Shown: positions 26,614-38,334 of the stretch, in pieces
Layout: each line of letters starts with the position of its first letter
Numbering within the stretch: position 1 is the stretch's first letter
Source of the DNA: Nitrosopumilus sp.
GTDB lineage: Archaea; Thermoproteota; Nitrososphaeria; Nitrososphaerales; Nitrosopumilaceae
Reading direction: 5' to 3'
Assembly (NCBI GenBank): GCA_965205425.1
Contig: CBDBGZ010000003.1
Span: 1 to 43,012 of the forward strand
Length of the DNA stretch: 43,012 bases
Notes under the pieces: generated by a model
What the model was told of the DNA's origin: nothing
What the model saw: the letters and a program-made list of their open reading frames with translations, nothing else
Databases searched by the model: none
Position numbers and translations under genes: made by a program

Positions 26614-28017
26614 TTATTTAGAAAATAAGTTAATTTTTCTCTCAACTAGTTTACCATGACCAAGTTTTCCAATTACCTCAAAGTTTTCAGCAACTAGTTC
26701 CCCTCTAACCATTGTTTTGACAGGCCATCCTGTTAGATTTCTTCCCTCATACACAATATAGTCAGAGAATCCTCCAAACAAATCAGAAGTCACTGTTTTC
26801 TCCTTTTTCAAATCGATCATCACTACATCAGCATCAGAATTTTTCTCCAAAGTTCCTTTTTGAGGATACATTCCAAAAATTTGAGCAGCGTTTGTACTAG
26901 TAAAACGAACAAACTGTTCTAGGGTAATCTTGTTTTGATTAACTCCATCATTTAACAAAATAGGGATTACCGTGCCTATTCCAGGAAAACCTGCAAGTGC
27001 ACTCCAGACATTTTCACCATCTAGTTTGAGTTTGAGTTGATTTGCAACATGATCTGTACCTATAGTATCAATTTGATTATTAGATAATGCATTCCATATT
27101 GCCAATCTATCATTTTCTGTTCTAATTGGAGGCATTACTTTTGCAAGATATCCAGTTTGTTTCTCATAAGATAGTGTAAGATAGTGTGGGCATGTTTCTA
27201 CAAAGATTTTTGTTCCAAGTTTTTTCTCTTCTTCAATTTGTTTTAGTGCACGTTCTGAACCAATGTGAACAAAATAAATTACACAGTCATAATCCCTACC
27301 AAACTTTGATACAGTTTTGATTGCTTTAGCTTCAAATTCGGGTGAACGACTAGAAGACCATGCAGATAATCCATCTTGATTTTTTTCTTTTGCAGTTTTA
27401 ATTCCACAACCACATGACTCGTAATCTTCGGCATGAACTAATACAGGACAACCAAGTTCGGCAGCACTTTTCACTGTTGCTTTAACTAATTCATCAGTAA
27501 CATTTACTTCAGCTGCAACAAGATCAGGGGAATTTGGCGGCATGTCCATGTATACATGCCCAACTTCACCACCAAGATTCATGTAAATTTTAAAAGATGT
27601 AATTCCTTTTTCAACACAAAAGTTCATTTCATTGATTTGTTGTGGTGTAAAAATAGAAGCATGTATTGTATAATCAACATAATGTTTTTGAGATGCAGTA
27701 TCAAGCTGAGCTTGTAAAGAATTAGTGAATGGATCACCTAACCTTAACATCCTCATCATAGTTGTAATTCCACCTATTGCTGCTGCATGAGATTCAGTTT
27801 TTGCGGCTTCATCTATTGGAGAATAAACTCCATAGTGAACATGTGTGTCAATTGGGCCTGGAACTGAAACTAGGCCTGCTCCATTGATTTTATGATCACA
27901 TGCTGGAATATCAGTTGTAAATCCTACAATTTTTCCCTCATCAATTAAGATATTTTTCTCAATCATTCCTTGAGGGAGAATAACATGTGAATCAACAATT
28001 ACAGTATCATATGTCAT
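26614..28017 (-). CDS. Dihydroorotase/hydantoinase-family cyclic amidohydrolase
   Basis: PGPIDTHVH, SFKIYM, VHAED, ETCPHYL and GTDH motifs. Confidence 0.92.
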   Translation of the reverse strand: MTYDTVIVDSHVILPQGMIEKNILIDEGKIVGFTTDIPACDHKINGAGLVSVPGPIDTHVHYGVYSPIDEAAKTESHAAAIGGITTMMRMLRLGDPFTNSLQAQLDTASQKHYVDYTIHASIFTPQQINEMNFCVEKGITSFKIYMNLGGEVGHVYMDMPPNSPDLVAAEVNVTDELVKATVKSAAELGCPVLVHAEDYESCGCGIKTAKEKNQDGLSAWSSSRSPEFEAKAIKTVSKFGRDYDCVIYFVHIGSERALKQIEEEKKLGTKIFVETCPHYLTLSYEKQTGYLAKVMPPIRTENDRLAIWNALSNNQIDTIGTDHVANQLKLKLDGENVWSALAGFPGIGTVIPILLNDGVNQNKITLEQFVRFTSTNAAQIFGMYPQKGTLEKNSDADVVMIDLKKEKTVTSDLFGGFSDYIVYEGRNLTGWPVKTMVRGELVAENFEVIGKLGHGKLVERKINLFSK

Positions 28018-28092
28018 CTGTAAATTTTATGAAATTCTGGCTATTATGCGTTGAGAAAATGAATAAAAGAACAACACAGGGAGGTATTCTGA

Positions 28093-28164
28093 GGGCCGGT
28101 GGTTTAGGAGTATAATGCCTCGTTCGCAACGAGGATGTCGAGGGTGCGATTCCCTCCCGGTCCA
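28093..28164 (+). tRNA. tRNA-Ala(CGC), CCA not encoded
   Basis: GGGCCGG/CCGGTCC acceptor stem with G3-U70; CCTCG-TTCGCAA-CGAGG anticodon arm; T-loop TGCGATT. Confidence 0.93.
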
Positions 28165-28207
28165 CTTTTCCAGAAACTATTATACATAAATAGAAAATAC
28201 CATCGAC

Positions 28208-28567
28208 ATGGAAGGTTTTGACGGCAAAAAAGCTGCACAAGATTACATGTCAAAGCATACTCTAGCATTTTCTACTCCAGAATTAACTCTAATGAGATTT
28301 GCATTTTGGTTAGGAGATTCAGTTCCAGATCCAAAAAATGATGGAAAAGGAATTCCAAGAATGATGACATATTTAGTAGAACAGGACTTTGAGCCAGTCT
28401 TAATTGATGATGAAACATATGTTCCATCAGGGGCAGTAAAAAGTTCAGCAGTTGTTGGAAATGCATTCAATGAACAAATTCCAGATGGAAAGTTTTGTTC
28501 TGAATGTGGAACAAGTCTTTCAGCTACTGCAAAATTCTGTCCTGAATGTGGAAATACACAAGAATAA
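28208..28567 (+). CDS. Zinc-ribbon domain protein
   Basis: C-terminal FCSECG...AKFCPECG. Confidence 0.88.
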   Translation: MEGFDGKKAAQDYMSKHTLAFSTPELTLMRFAFWLGDSVPDPKNDGKGIPRMMTYLVEQDFEPVLIDDETYVPSGAVKSSAVVGNAFNEQIPDGKFCSECGTSLSATAKFCPECGNTQE

Positions 28568-28591
28568 GAAAATAATTTTTAATTATTAATT

Positions 28592-29137
28592 TTATGCTTT
28601 AGCGCCACACTTTGTACAAAACTTTGCACCTGTTCTAAGTGGTGAACCACATGAAGAACATCCATTTCCACTTTGTGGTGGTGCTTGTTGTCTTGGCATC
28701 AAAGCAGGATCAGGGGATGGTAAAGTTCCAACATCTCCAAATGCTTCTTGTGCAGATACAATTCCTGGTGGACTTCCACCTACAGGGTTATCTGCAGTTC
28801 CAGCTCTTGGGGGTTGACCCATTCCGCCAGCCATCATTCCAGGTTGACCCATTCCTGGCATCAATCCAGGAGATTGTGTGTTTCCAGAACCAGTACCAAC
28901 AGATTTTTTTAATTCAAAGATTACTTTGATAGCTAAAAATTCTAATGCAGAATATGCAACTGTATAATCTCCTAATTTTTGGAAGAATTCTTTGTCACTG
29001 AGTTGTCCTTTCTTGTACATGTTGTTTGTATCAAGAAATGATTCATAGTATCCTTGAGACTCATCAAACAAACTCTGTAGTTTGTCAAATAACATACCAA
29101 GAGTATCTACTTCACCAAATGACATAATCTGACTCAA
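28592..29137 (-). CDS. Zinc-ribbon domain protein with helical N-domain and Gly/Pro/Met linker
   Basis: C-terminal CSSCG...AKFCTKCG. Confidence 0.88.
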   Translation of the reverse strand: MSQIMSFGEVDTLGMLFDKLQSLFDESQGYYESFLDTNNMYKKGQLSDKEFFQKLGDYTVAYSALEFLAIKVIFELKKSVGTGSGNTQSPGLMPGMGQPGMMAGGMGQPPRAGTADNPVGGSPPGIVSAQEAFGDVGTLPSPDPALMPRQQAPPQSGNGCSSCGSPLRTGAKFCTKCGAKA

Positions 29138-29191
29138 TTTTTGGAATATTAATTACTTTAGGATCAAAAAAGAGGAAAAACGTGTAGAAAG

Positions 29192-29518
<327 letters not shown>

Positions 29519-29633
29519 TGTAACATTATTTTATTGGACGTACCTAAAAACGTTCACCAGAATTATCACCATATTTTTTGTTGGAAAATTAATTCTGATA
29601 TATACTTAAATGACGTTTTGATAAATCTGAAAT

Positions 29634-30365
29634 ATGAGTTCGGAACTTAGACTTAAAAAATTACGAGGATCTGGAGGTTATGTTATGGCTACCGTTACTG
29701 ATGAACAACAAATGAAAGGTAATCTAGGCGGTCCAGATCTATTTTTGGCACCAATCGGAAGATTAGATGCTGAAAAAATTACTAAACATTTTTGCAATAC
29801 TTGTGAAAAAGAATTTGAAGGTCCTCCAAAAATTGAATTTGAGAATCCAAATGAAGAAGTTGCTGAAAATCTAATTCTTGCAGAACGTGGTCAATACATT
29901 TGTAATTCATGTAATGCTTCAATTGCAGAATATAGAGATTTTAAGAAAGAAGATGAAGCAGGAGAAGTTGGAAGTGCAAAACCATTAGAACCACAAGTTC
30001 AATCTGTACCAGAAACTGCTCCACAACAAACTACAGAACCAGTAGCTCCACAAGAAACTGTAACACAACCAGGTCCAGCAACTTCAGTTACTTCAATTGA
30101 AGGAAAAGCAGTATTTGATGAAGGTGCAAATAAGATAGGAACTACAAAACAAGTTGGAATTGATTCTACACAAGCTATGATTTTAGTAATTACTAAAGAA
30201 GATGGTACAGAAGGTAGCATACCATGGAATAGTATTAAAAAAATTGGCGAAGTTGTTCTTTTAGGGAATCCTCAAGAGGATGCTCAACCAGGTAAATGCT
30301 CAAACTGTGGATTCGGAAATAAAGAAGGCTCTAAATTTTGTGAAGAGTGTGGAAATAAGATCTGA
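29634..30365 (+). CDS. Zinc-finger / PRC-barrel / zinc-ribbon protein
   Basis: CNTC...CNSC; IEGKAVFDEGANKIG...IPWNSIKKIGEVVLL (PRC-like); CSNCG...FCEECG. Confidence 0.88.
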   Translation: MSSELRLKKLRGSGGYVMATVTDEQQMKGNLGGPDLFLAPIGRLDAEKITKHFCNTCEKEFEGPPKIEFENPNEEVAENLILAERGQYICNSCNASIAEYRDFKKEDEAGEVGSAKPLEPQVQSVPETAPQQTTEPVAPQETVTQPGPATSVTSIEGKAVFDEGANKIGTTKQVGIDSTQAMILVITKEDGTEGSIPWNSIKKIGEVVLLGNPQEDAQPGKCSNCGFGNKEGSKFCEECGNKI

Positions 30366-30407
30366 TAGTTAGTAAATTTAATCAATGATACTAAGGCGAT
30401 AAAATAA

Positions 30408-31181
30408 TTGGCAAAAAGATCAATCCCAAAAGGCGTAGTTAAAGACATCATCATTGTTGCCGTAGGGGTTTTAGTGATTTGGATTGGATTACAAGTAGTA
30501 TTTGGAACACAGAGTCCATTTTATGTTGTAGCAAGTGGAAGTATGGAACCAGTGTTGTACAAACATGATGTAATAATTGTTCAAGGCCATGAACCATTCA
30601 AAGATATCGAGGTAGGAGAAATTGTTGTGTTTACACGTCCATCTGATAATAATAAAGATGAAAAGAAAGTAATAGTTCACAGAGTCGCGTCAATTACAGA
30701 CGAAGATCCTAAAACAATCAGAACAAAAGGTGATGCAAACCCAGGATCAATTGCAGGAACCGACTTTCCTATTACAGATAAAGAGTATATTGGAAAAGTT
30801 GAATACATTTTACCTCAGATAGGATACTTTACACAATTACTAAAACCTCCAATCAATTTCATCATTATTGGAGTTGTAATTGGAGTAATGGTATTGAAGC
30901 ATTTTGTAATGAAGAAAAATGAAAAAGAGATTCCATTTACAGATTCATCAGACTCAATTAATCCTGAAACTAAAGAATTATCAGATATTAACAAGATTGA
31001 AAAGGATTCAGAGTATTCAGAACATGTGGAAAAATCTGATAATGTGGAAGAATTAGATGATACTGATGAACCAGAAAATCAAACAAAAACAGAAGGAATT
31101 GATGAAACATTTGAAGGGATTGAAGAATCCATTGATGATGAAACTAAAAAGGATGATAAACCAAATAACGAAGAAAAATAA
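30408..31181 (+). CDS. Signal peptidase I (S26, archaeal SEC11 type) with acidic tail
   Basis: VVASGSMEP, IVHRV and TKGDAN motifs. Confidence 0.94.
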   Translation: MAKRSIPKGVVKDIIIVAVGVLVIWIGLQVVFGTQSPFYVVASGSMEPVLYKHDVIIVQGHEPFKDIEVGEIVVFTRPSDNNKDEKKVIVHRVASITDEDPKTIRTKGDANPGSIAGTDFPITDKEYIGKVEYILPQIGYFTQLLKPPINFIIIGVVIGVMVLKHFVMKKNEKEIPFTDSSDSINPETKELSDINKIEKDSEYSEHVEKSDNVEELDDTDEPENQTKTEGIDETFEGIEESIDDETKKDDKPNNEEK

Positions 31182-31747
31182 CACTAGAGTAAAAATTCAG
31201 GCAAACAAGTTCACATATGCTGTATGACAAGAGCAATAGATCGTCCTGTTTGCTTGGTAGTATAACTACGTCAAATTTACTAAAAAAGGATCCTCAGAAA
31301 TTATTAGTTTCAAGAGTAGCATCACTTATGTAATATCAAAATTTTATCTGTAGAAAAATAAAAAAAGAATTAGGAATTCTTTTTGACTTCACCACAAATG
31401 CCTGGAGTACTTCCATCTGCTTGACATTCTAGTGCGAATTCTTCAATGATTGTTATCTTTCTGTTACCATTTCCATTGTTTTCTTGAGATAGATCAAATT
31501 TTACCCAAGCTTCATTGTTGGTGTTATCTTCATCAACAAATGCATCTAATGGATTCCATTTATGTACCAAGAAATAAGTTCCATCTTCAACATTGGTAAT
31601 GTCAATTTCATTTCCTTCAACTGATTGATGATATTGATCAACCCAACCTGGTTGAATTCCTTGTAAATCTAGCTCACAATCCCAATAGATTTTCTGAGAA
31701 GTTGGAGAGTTACCACTGTTCTTTCCAAAAATTATTTCGTGTCACTT

Positions 31748-32674
31748 TCATGAGTAATTCCTCCATAGAATACTTGGGTCTATGAGTATTTCGTTTGTTA
31801 TCATCTTGGAGTGATACGCATCAGATGGTGTCTCCATATTATCCAAGTCTAGTGCGCCATGAACTCTAATGTGATTGTACCAATGCATAAACTGCTCCAC
31901 TGACTCAAAGTATTCTATTTTACACTCAAAGATATCCCAGAACTTTTCTAGCTTACCATTTGTTTGTGGATGTCTCACTCTTGTACGAGAGTGCTTTACG
32001 TGATGTCTCATTAGTTGCTGCTCAAAGTCTACTGGCTTGTTATGATCAAGAGTATTGACATTTGATGTGAACTGTTTTCCATTATCAGATAGTACGGATG
32101 CTGGTCTACCGTGATTCTTTATTGCATCAGATAGTACTGCAGAAGAATTCACAGATGTTGCCTCATCATACACTCCGAAACCCGTGATAAATCGTGAGGC
32201 ATCATCTTCAAATGCAATTAGTTGTTTTCCTGCCCAGCGTGAATCATGTATTGTGTGCCAGTCAGTATGCCACAGTGAATTTGAATAGTCACGTTCATAC
32301 CTGATCCACCTTCTTCTCATCTTTTTCCGTGGTTGCTCAACTGATAATCCTTCATCTAGCATAATCTTGTGGATGCGATTGTGGTTTATCTTGGTATTGT
32401 ACAATTTTGATATGATTTTCTCAAGGTATAGTGCGTTTGTATGAAATTTTTCTTGAACTTGTTTGACTAGCTCTATCTCGTGTACAGTGACTGGCTTTTT
32501 TGGACGCCCTGGCCTTTTGAGTGTGGGAATCTTTTTGGTTTTTTTGTACTGAGAGTAGACTTGTTGTACTCTTCTAGGCGTTATCTTGAGGATTACTGAA
32601 ATATCTAAATTCTTGACTTTTTCATTTTTAGATTGTATAATCCACCTGATCTTATTCTCATCTAACTTTACCAT
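31748..32674 (-). CDS. IS481-family DDE transposase (308 aa)
   Basis: LWHTDW, DDASRF, LSDNGKQF, HPQTNGKLEK and YNHIRVH motifs. Confidence 0.92.
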   Translation of the reverse strand: MVKLDENKIRWIIQSKNEKVKNLDISVILKITPRRVQQVYSQYKKTKKIPTLKRPGRPKKPVTVHEIELVKQVQEKFHTNALYLEKIISKLYNTKINHNRIHKIMLDEGLSVEQPRKKMRRRWIRYERDYSNSLWHTDWHTIHDSRWAGKQLIAFEDDASRFITGFGVYDEATSVNSSAVLSDAIKNHGRPASVLSDNGKQFTSNVNTLDHNKPVDFEQQLMRHHVKHSRTRVRHPQTNGKLEKFWDIFECKIEYFESVEQFMHWYNHIRVHGALDLDNMETPSDAYHSKMITNEILIDPSILWRNYS

Positions 32675-32739
32675 AGGTATGCCACGATACCCACGCATAC
32701 GATAGTATGGGAATGATGCTCTCCTAGTTAAGGGGTGAA

Positions 32740-32777
32740 ATAATTTCCGGAAAAGATAATAATTTCCGGAAAAGATA
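32740..32777. repeat. Tandem 19-bp duplication of the IS481 end
   Basis: ATAATTTCCGGAAAAGATA at 32740..32758 and 32759..32777. Confidence 0.95.
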
Positions 32778-33438
32778 GTTGGAGAGTTACCACCATTGTA
32801 CTTGAATACATCGACAATGCAGAATCCAATTTTAAGAGTACCAGCACCAGGAGCTATTTCACCTGGAGATCCATTATCATCAACTCTTACTGAGAATTCT
32901 CCTACATCATCAATATGCCAATGATTATGTGTTGGATGAAAAATGAAATCACCCAAAGGTTCATGATAAACAGTTTGTGTTACATCACCAAAGTTTCCTG
33001 CATCATCATATAGATTTTGGAAAGCTTGTTGTGTTTCACCTTGAACTTGACCTTCTTCAAATTCTAAAGCACCTTCACCAACATTAGCCCATACATTTGT
33101 GAATCGTAAAAATTCAGTTTGATTTTGGTTGTGAATGTTGAGATGTTTTGGAATTCCTGAAGATATATCAGGTAATAATGCATTCTCAGGTACATTTTGG
33201 GGTTCGGCAATAATGCTAGAACCCAATGAAGCAGTTAACATAAAGCCAACTGCTACAAGTATTGGAATCATCATTAGTGGTTTTCGAAAGATGTTGTGTG
33301 TGTATGTCATTGATCAAGACAGCAAAATTTGATAATTAAGAAACTGTTAGTTAAAAAATAACAAACTTGATCGCAAGTATAATCAAAAATTAGAAAATAA
33401 TTTTTATGGAAATATTAGATAATAATTTGTAATGATAT

Positions 33439-34965
<1,527 letters not shown>

Positions 34966-35038
34966 GTAACACTATTCATCTTGATGTTGTATAAATATTC
35001 TAAATTAGTGCAAGCTAAATTTTAGGAATGAATTGCGA

Positions 35039-37135
35039 TCAGAGTCCAATTCTGACATCAAGAATTCTACATCCCTTACCCTTTTCCATAACAAGTACGG
35101 GATTCATGTCTAATTCTTTGATCTCTTTAAAGTCAGAAACTAGTTGTGATAATCTTTGAATACATTCAGAAAGTTTTGTAATATCAGAAGGTTTCTCACC
35201 TCTAACACCTTGTAACAATTTTTGAGTCTTAATTGATGCAATCATGTCATCAGCTTCTAGATTAGTTACAGGTGCAAGTTTGAATGTCACATCTTTTAGA
35301 ACTTCTACATAGATTCCTCCCATTCCAAGCATGATAACAGGGCCAAATCCCGGCTCCAGTTTTGAACCAATAATCAATTCTTTACCGCCTTTTACCATTT
35401 CTACAATTAAAACGCCTTTAATCTCGGCTTTCTTATTGTATTTTTTAGCATTTTTGATAATTGTTTTGAACGTATCTTTAATTTCAGCATCATTTGTCAA
35501 ATTTACTTTAACACCACCTGCATCAGATTTGTGAATAATTTGTGGCGATGCAATCTTCATTACAACAGGATAACCAATTTTTTTTGCAATTTTTATTGCT
35601 TCTGCTTCATTTTTAGCTAGTGCGCTTTTAGGTAATGGTAAACCATATGCCTTTAGAACATCTTGTCCTTCTTCTTCTAAAAGATTTGGCCTTTTCTCTT
35701 TTTTGACTTTGTCAAAAATTTTCTGTGCTTTAGCTTTGTTTACTTTGAATTTTGTAATTTTTCCATTTGGAGATTTAACCCAATTTGAAAAAGTAGTCAT
35801 TGCACTAAGTGTTCGAATTGCACCTTCAGCATAGTTGTAATAAGGAACATCGCCCTCTGCTAAGATTTCTCTATTAGTAATGCCTTCATCTAATCCCATT
35901 AGACTTGCAAGCATTGTTTTTTTGTATTTTTTAGACATCTCAACAACAACTTCAGCGAGTTTATCATAATTGAGAGTTCCAGATGGAGTACACATTGTAA
36001 TAACAGAGCCTACTTTTGGATGTTTTAGAACACGATCCAAAACATTGTGGAATCGGTTAAAATCAGCATCACCTACTATGTCAACAGGATTTCTAGAGCT
36101 ACCCCAAGGTGGAATTACCTCATCAATTTTTTTCCTAATACTTGTAATCTCTGCCATTTTGAGTTTCATTTTAGAACATGCATCAGTGGAGATAATTGCA
36201 GGACCTCCAGCATTTGAAACAATTACAAGATCACCACCTGCTGGTAATGGTTGTTTTGAGAATGCTGTAGCATAATCAAAGAGTTCCTCCATGGTATCAA
36301 CCCGTATAGCGCCTGATTGTTTGAGTAATGCATCATAGATTTCATCTGAACCCATCAAGGCTCCAGTATGGGACATTGCAGCCTTTGCACCTTCTGGACT
36401 ACGTCCAGATTTGAGAACAAGAACTGGTTTTTTGAGTTTTTTAGTAATATTTTTACAAACTTTTAGGAATTCTTGACCATCACCCATATCTTCAAGATAC
36501 ATTACGATGACTTCAGTTTGTTTATGATTTGCAAGAATTTTTAGAATGTCAACTTCACTCATTACTGCTTTATTTCCAAGACTAACAACTGCTGAGAAAC
36601 CAATTCCTTGAGCACTAGCATCTTCAACTAATGCTGCACATATCGCACCACTTTGAGATACAAGTGCAATTTTTCCAGACTTTGGTGTAACTTTAAGAAA
36701 AGTAGAATTCATCATTGTTTTTGGATCAAGATTCATGACACCAAGACAATTTGGTCCAATGATTTGGATTTTGTATTTTTTAGCAATGTCTTTGATTTGT
36801 TGTTCGCGTTTTGCTCCTTCCTCATCAACTTCTTTGAAACCTGCAGTGATTATGATAACGCCTTTGACTTTTTTCTTTCCACATTCTTCTAGAACTGGTG
36901 CTACCAATGTATTTTTGATTACAATTACTGCAAGATCAATTGATTTTGGAACATCTAAAATAGATTTGTATGCTTTTTTGTAAAAGACTTTGTCTCTTGA
37001 TGGACTAATTGGATAAACTGTACCTTTGAAACCATTCATAATATTTGATGTAATTGTGGCACCTACACTTCCTCGCTTATCAGATGCACCAATAACTGCA
37101 ATCGATTTTGGTGATAAGATAACAGATTCTGCCAT
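35039..37135 (-). CDS. ADP-forming acyl-CoA synthetase, probably 4-hydroxybutyryl-CoA synthetase
   Basis: IGPNCLG, SHTGAL, NPVD and HKSDAGGV motifs; directly upstream of hcd as in thaumarchaea. Confidence 0.9.
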   Translation of the reverse strand: MAESVILSPKSIAVIGASDKRGSVGATITSNIMNGFKGTVYPISPSRDKVFYKKAYKSILDVPKSIDLAVIVIKNTLVAPVLEECGKKKVKGVIIITAGFKEVDEEGAKREQQIKDIAKKYKIQIIGPNCLGVMNLDPKTMMNSTFLKVTPKSGKIALVSQSGAICAALVEDASAQGIGFSAVVSLGNKAVMSEVDILKILANHKQTEVIVMYLEDMGDGQEFLKVCKNITKKLKKPVLVLKSGRSPEGAKAAMSHTGALMGSDEIYDALLKQSGAIRVDTMEELFDYATAFSKQPLPAGGDLVIVSNAGGPAIISTDACSKMKLKMAEITSIRKKIDEVIPPWGSSRNPVDIVGDADFNRFHNVLDRVLKHPKVGSVITMCTPSGTLNYDKLAEVVVEMSKKYKKTMLASLMGLDEGITNREILAEGDVPYYNYAEGAIRTLSAMTTFSNWVKSPNGKITKFKVNKAKAQKIFDKVKKEKRPNLLEEEGQDVLKAYGLPLPKSALAKNEAEAIKIAKKIGYPVVMKIASPQIIHKSDAGGVKVNLTNDAEIKDTFKTIIKNAKKYNKKAEIKGVLIVEMVKGGKELIIGSKLEPGFGPVIMLGMGGIYVEVLKDVTFKLAPVTNLEADDMIASIKTQKLLQGVRGEKPSDITKLSECIQRLSQLVSDFKEIKELDMNPVLVMEKGKGCRILDVRIGL

Positions 37136-37198
37136 GATAATTTGATTTTGAGATTTTGTATAATAAAGTTATTCTCGAAAAATTCTGATCTATGATTT

Positions 37199-37556
37199 TT
37201 AGCTTCCCAGCATTTTACCAGCCAAATTCTCTTTTCTCGGAACCCAAACGATGGTTAAATTAGAAAATTTTCCAATTATTTCCCATGCTTGTCTAGCCAA
37301 ATTTCTTAATTCTTCATTATTTATTGCAAATTCATGATTTAGTTGATTTACTGTATTTTTAGAATCACTAAAGATAGTAATTTCTTCATTTGAATCGACA
37401 TATTTGTTTAAAGCAGAAATAATTGCCAAATATTCAGATTGATTGTTTGTAAGATCAGGTTTCCCCCCCATAAAAAGATTCACCTGTTTCCTTGACAAAA
37501 TATCCATATCCACTATTTGTTCCACCTGAACCGTCAACGTAAATACTAATTCCCAT
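37199..37556 (-). pseudogene. rnhA: Ribonuclease HI, frameshifted at a G7 tract
   Basis: ATG at 37556 reads MGISIYVDGSGG...GESFY. Removing one G from 37463..37469 joins it to KPDLTNNQSEYLA...FSDS...WVPRKENLA. Confidence 0.88.
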
Positions 37557-37989
37557 CTTTATACACCCTTGATATCTTTACACTTAGATTTAGCACTATC
37601 ATGTAAATAATTGTAGATATTCCTTGTGATACAATCGATGCTAAGTAAGGATCATAGTTTATTGTTAGAAAATAGTATTGTAAAGCCCATCTAGCTATAG
37701 TATATACAATTTCTGCAATTCCTAAAGACGTAATTAATTTTTTTAAATCATGCTTTAGTTTTGCAGTATCTGTTTTGCCAGAATCTAATCGGTATTTTTT
37801 TCTGTTATCCAAATAAAATAGACTACTAAAAACTGAAAAATAAATCACATAATCTGCAATTGTAGTATATGTTGTATTTAGATAATCAGATTGATCAGAT
37901 AAAACTTGAGCAATAATGGCTGAAATTATTATTGATGCGGCAAATGCAATTAGAATATTTTTGTTTAATTTTAGATATTCTTGTAACAC
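37546..37989 (-). CDS. Hypothetical 4-TM membrane protein
   Basis: 147-aa ORF with four hydrophobic segments. Confidence 0.8.
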   Translation of the reverse strand: MLQEYLKLNKNILIAFAASIIISAIIAQVLSDQSDYLNTTYTTIADYVIYFSVFSSLFYLDNRKKYRLDSGKTDTAKLKHDLKKLITSLGIAEIVYTIARWALQYYFLTINYDPYLASIVSQGISTIIYMIVLNLSVKISRVYKDGN

Positions 37990-38024
37990 ATCTTAGAATG
38001 TTGTTTGTTACAAATAAACTAAGA

Positions 38025-38309
38025 TTAGTCTAAAGTGATTTTTAAGAAGATTATCAGTCCAGCAAGTTCGGCAATACCTACTCCTAACATGTATGGGAAA
38101 ATTTCATGAGAGAAAATTTCTTCCATTGAAAAATAAGCTAAAGCTCCAATTACATTATGTAAAAATAGCATTCCTGCTACAACTATCATGCCTAATGGAA
38201 GCTGTGCTCTAGTATTTCCATACATTTTTCCAAATATACAGATTAGAATTCCAAGTATCCCCATATTTGCAATTGAAACAATAGATAATACTAGTGAAGT
38301 AGATTCCAT
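38025..38309 (-). CDS. Small 3-TM membrane protein, partner of the wHTH regulator
   Basis: Same layout as 8301..8603. Confidence 0.82.
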   Translation of the reverse strand: MESTSLVLSIVSIANMGILGILICIFGKMYGNTRAQLPLGMIVVAGMLFLHNVIGALAYFSMEEIFSHEIFPYMLGVGIAELAGLIIFLKITLD

Positions 38310-38334
38310 TTAGTGTAAAACACCTCGAATGCGT

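Larger units (their letters stand above)
31717..32777 (-). mobile_element. IS481-family element, 1061 bp, 16-bp target site duplication
   Basis: Imperfect terminal IRs TGTTCTTTCCAAAAATTATTTC and TATCTTTTCCGGAAATTATTTC; flanked by GTTGGAGAGTTACCAC at 31701..31716 and 32778..32793. Confidence 0.9.
31370..33310 (-). pseudogene. Lysyl-oxidase-family protein interrupted by an IS481
   Basis: N-part (32778..33310) has a signal peptide, FHPTHNHWH and KIGFCIVD. C-part (31370..31700) continues in frame once the IS is removed: SQKIYWDCELDLQGIQPGWVDQY...IDITNVEDGTY...DEDNTNN. Confidence 0.88.

Noticed and set aside
31748..33310. 520-aa ORF as a genuine domesticated transposase protein
   Set aside because: Explained by IS insertion: the target duplication, inverted repeats and the in-frame remainder of the host gene are all present.
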